From Callorhinchus milii (lineage: Eukaryota), in assembly GCF_018977255.1 (NCBI RefSeq), contig NW_024704742.1, positions 66,714,001-66,778,000 of the forward strand: a stretch of 64,000 nucleotides of DNA. The letters run 5' to 3'. This document shows, one piece after another, positions 63,906-64,000 of the stretch (position 1 is the stretch's first letter; each line of letters begins with the position of its first letter). Made by a program: the position numbers and the translations under genes. Below the pieces are notes generated by a model that did not search any database, was not told the DNA's origin, and saw nothing but the letters and a program-made list of their open reading frames with translations.

Positions 63906-63926
63906 CCATTTACCTGTTAACAACAG
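63906..63926 (+). other. Candidate micro-exon (21 nt, or 26 nt from 63901)
   Basis: Long pyrimidine tract 63872-63896, AG at 63899-63900 and CAG at 63903-63905, consensus donor CAG|GTAAGC at 63926/63927. Confidence 0.35.
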
Positions 63927-64000
63927 GTAAGCCAGCGTTGGGTTTCTAAACATCCCCTCAACATATTTCATTCACACCATTGACATGCAGCAGGCGAAAA

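Noticed and set aside
1..64000. ORF track as protein-coding genes
   Set aside because: The ORFs are short, mostly overlap SINEs, LINEs or microsatellites, and several recur as the same SINE-derived peptide (e.g. [21 protein letters not shown]). None resembles a host protein.

Overview
This is vertebrate non-coding DNA, most likely from a cartilaginous fish, judging by the repeat content (DeuSINE/SacSINE1-like SINEs, L2 and CR1 LINE fragments, and a decayed Penelope-type hammerhead repeat). I found no intact protein-coding gene, RNA gene or prokaryotic feature. The supplied ORFs are chance ORFs, microsatellite translations, or decayed LINE ORF2 pieces. Roughly half the window is interspersed repeat. 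It includes (A) a tRNA-Ala-headed, CORE-like SINE; (B) a tRNA-headed Deu-domain SINE sharing A's 3' tail; (C) L2 LINE fragments whose extreme 3' end matches both SINE tails; (D) CR1 fragments; and (E) an unclassified ~500-bp family ('family X', about 9 copies) with internal stem-loops and a residual reading frame. Between repeats lie many repeat-free, homeodomain-motif-rich islands resembling conserved non-coding enhancers in a large intron or gene desert of a developmental or neural gene. Weak splice-signal evidence suggests a + strand host gene: a candidate first exon ending at 5093 and a candidate micro-exon at 63901/63906-63926. I cannot name the gene. I found no convincing new biological system; family X is the best novelty candidate. 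Repeat boundaries are by eye (about +/-20 bp), and only representative copies are listed.
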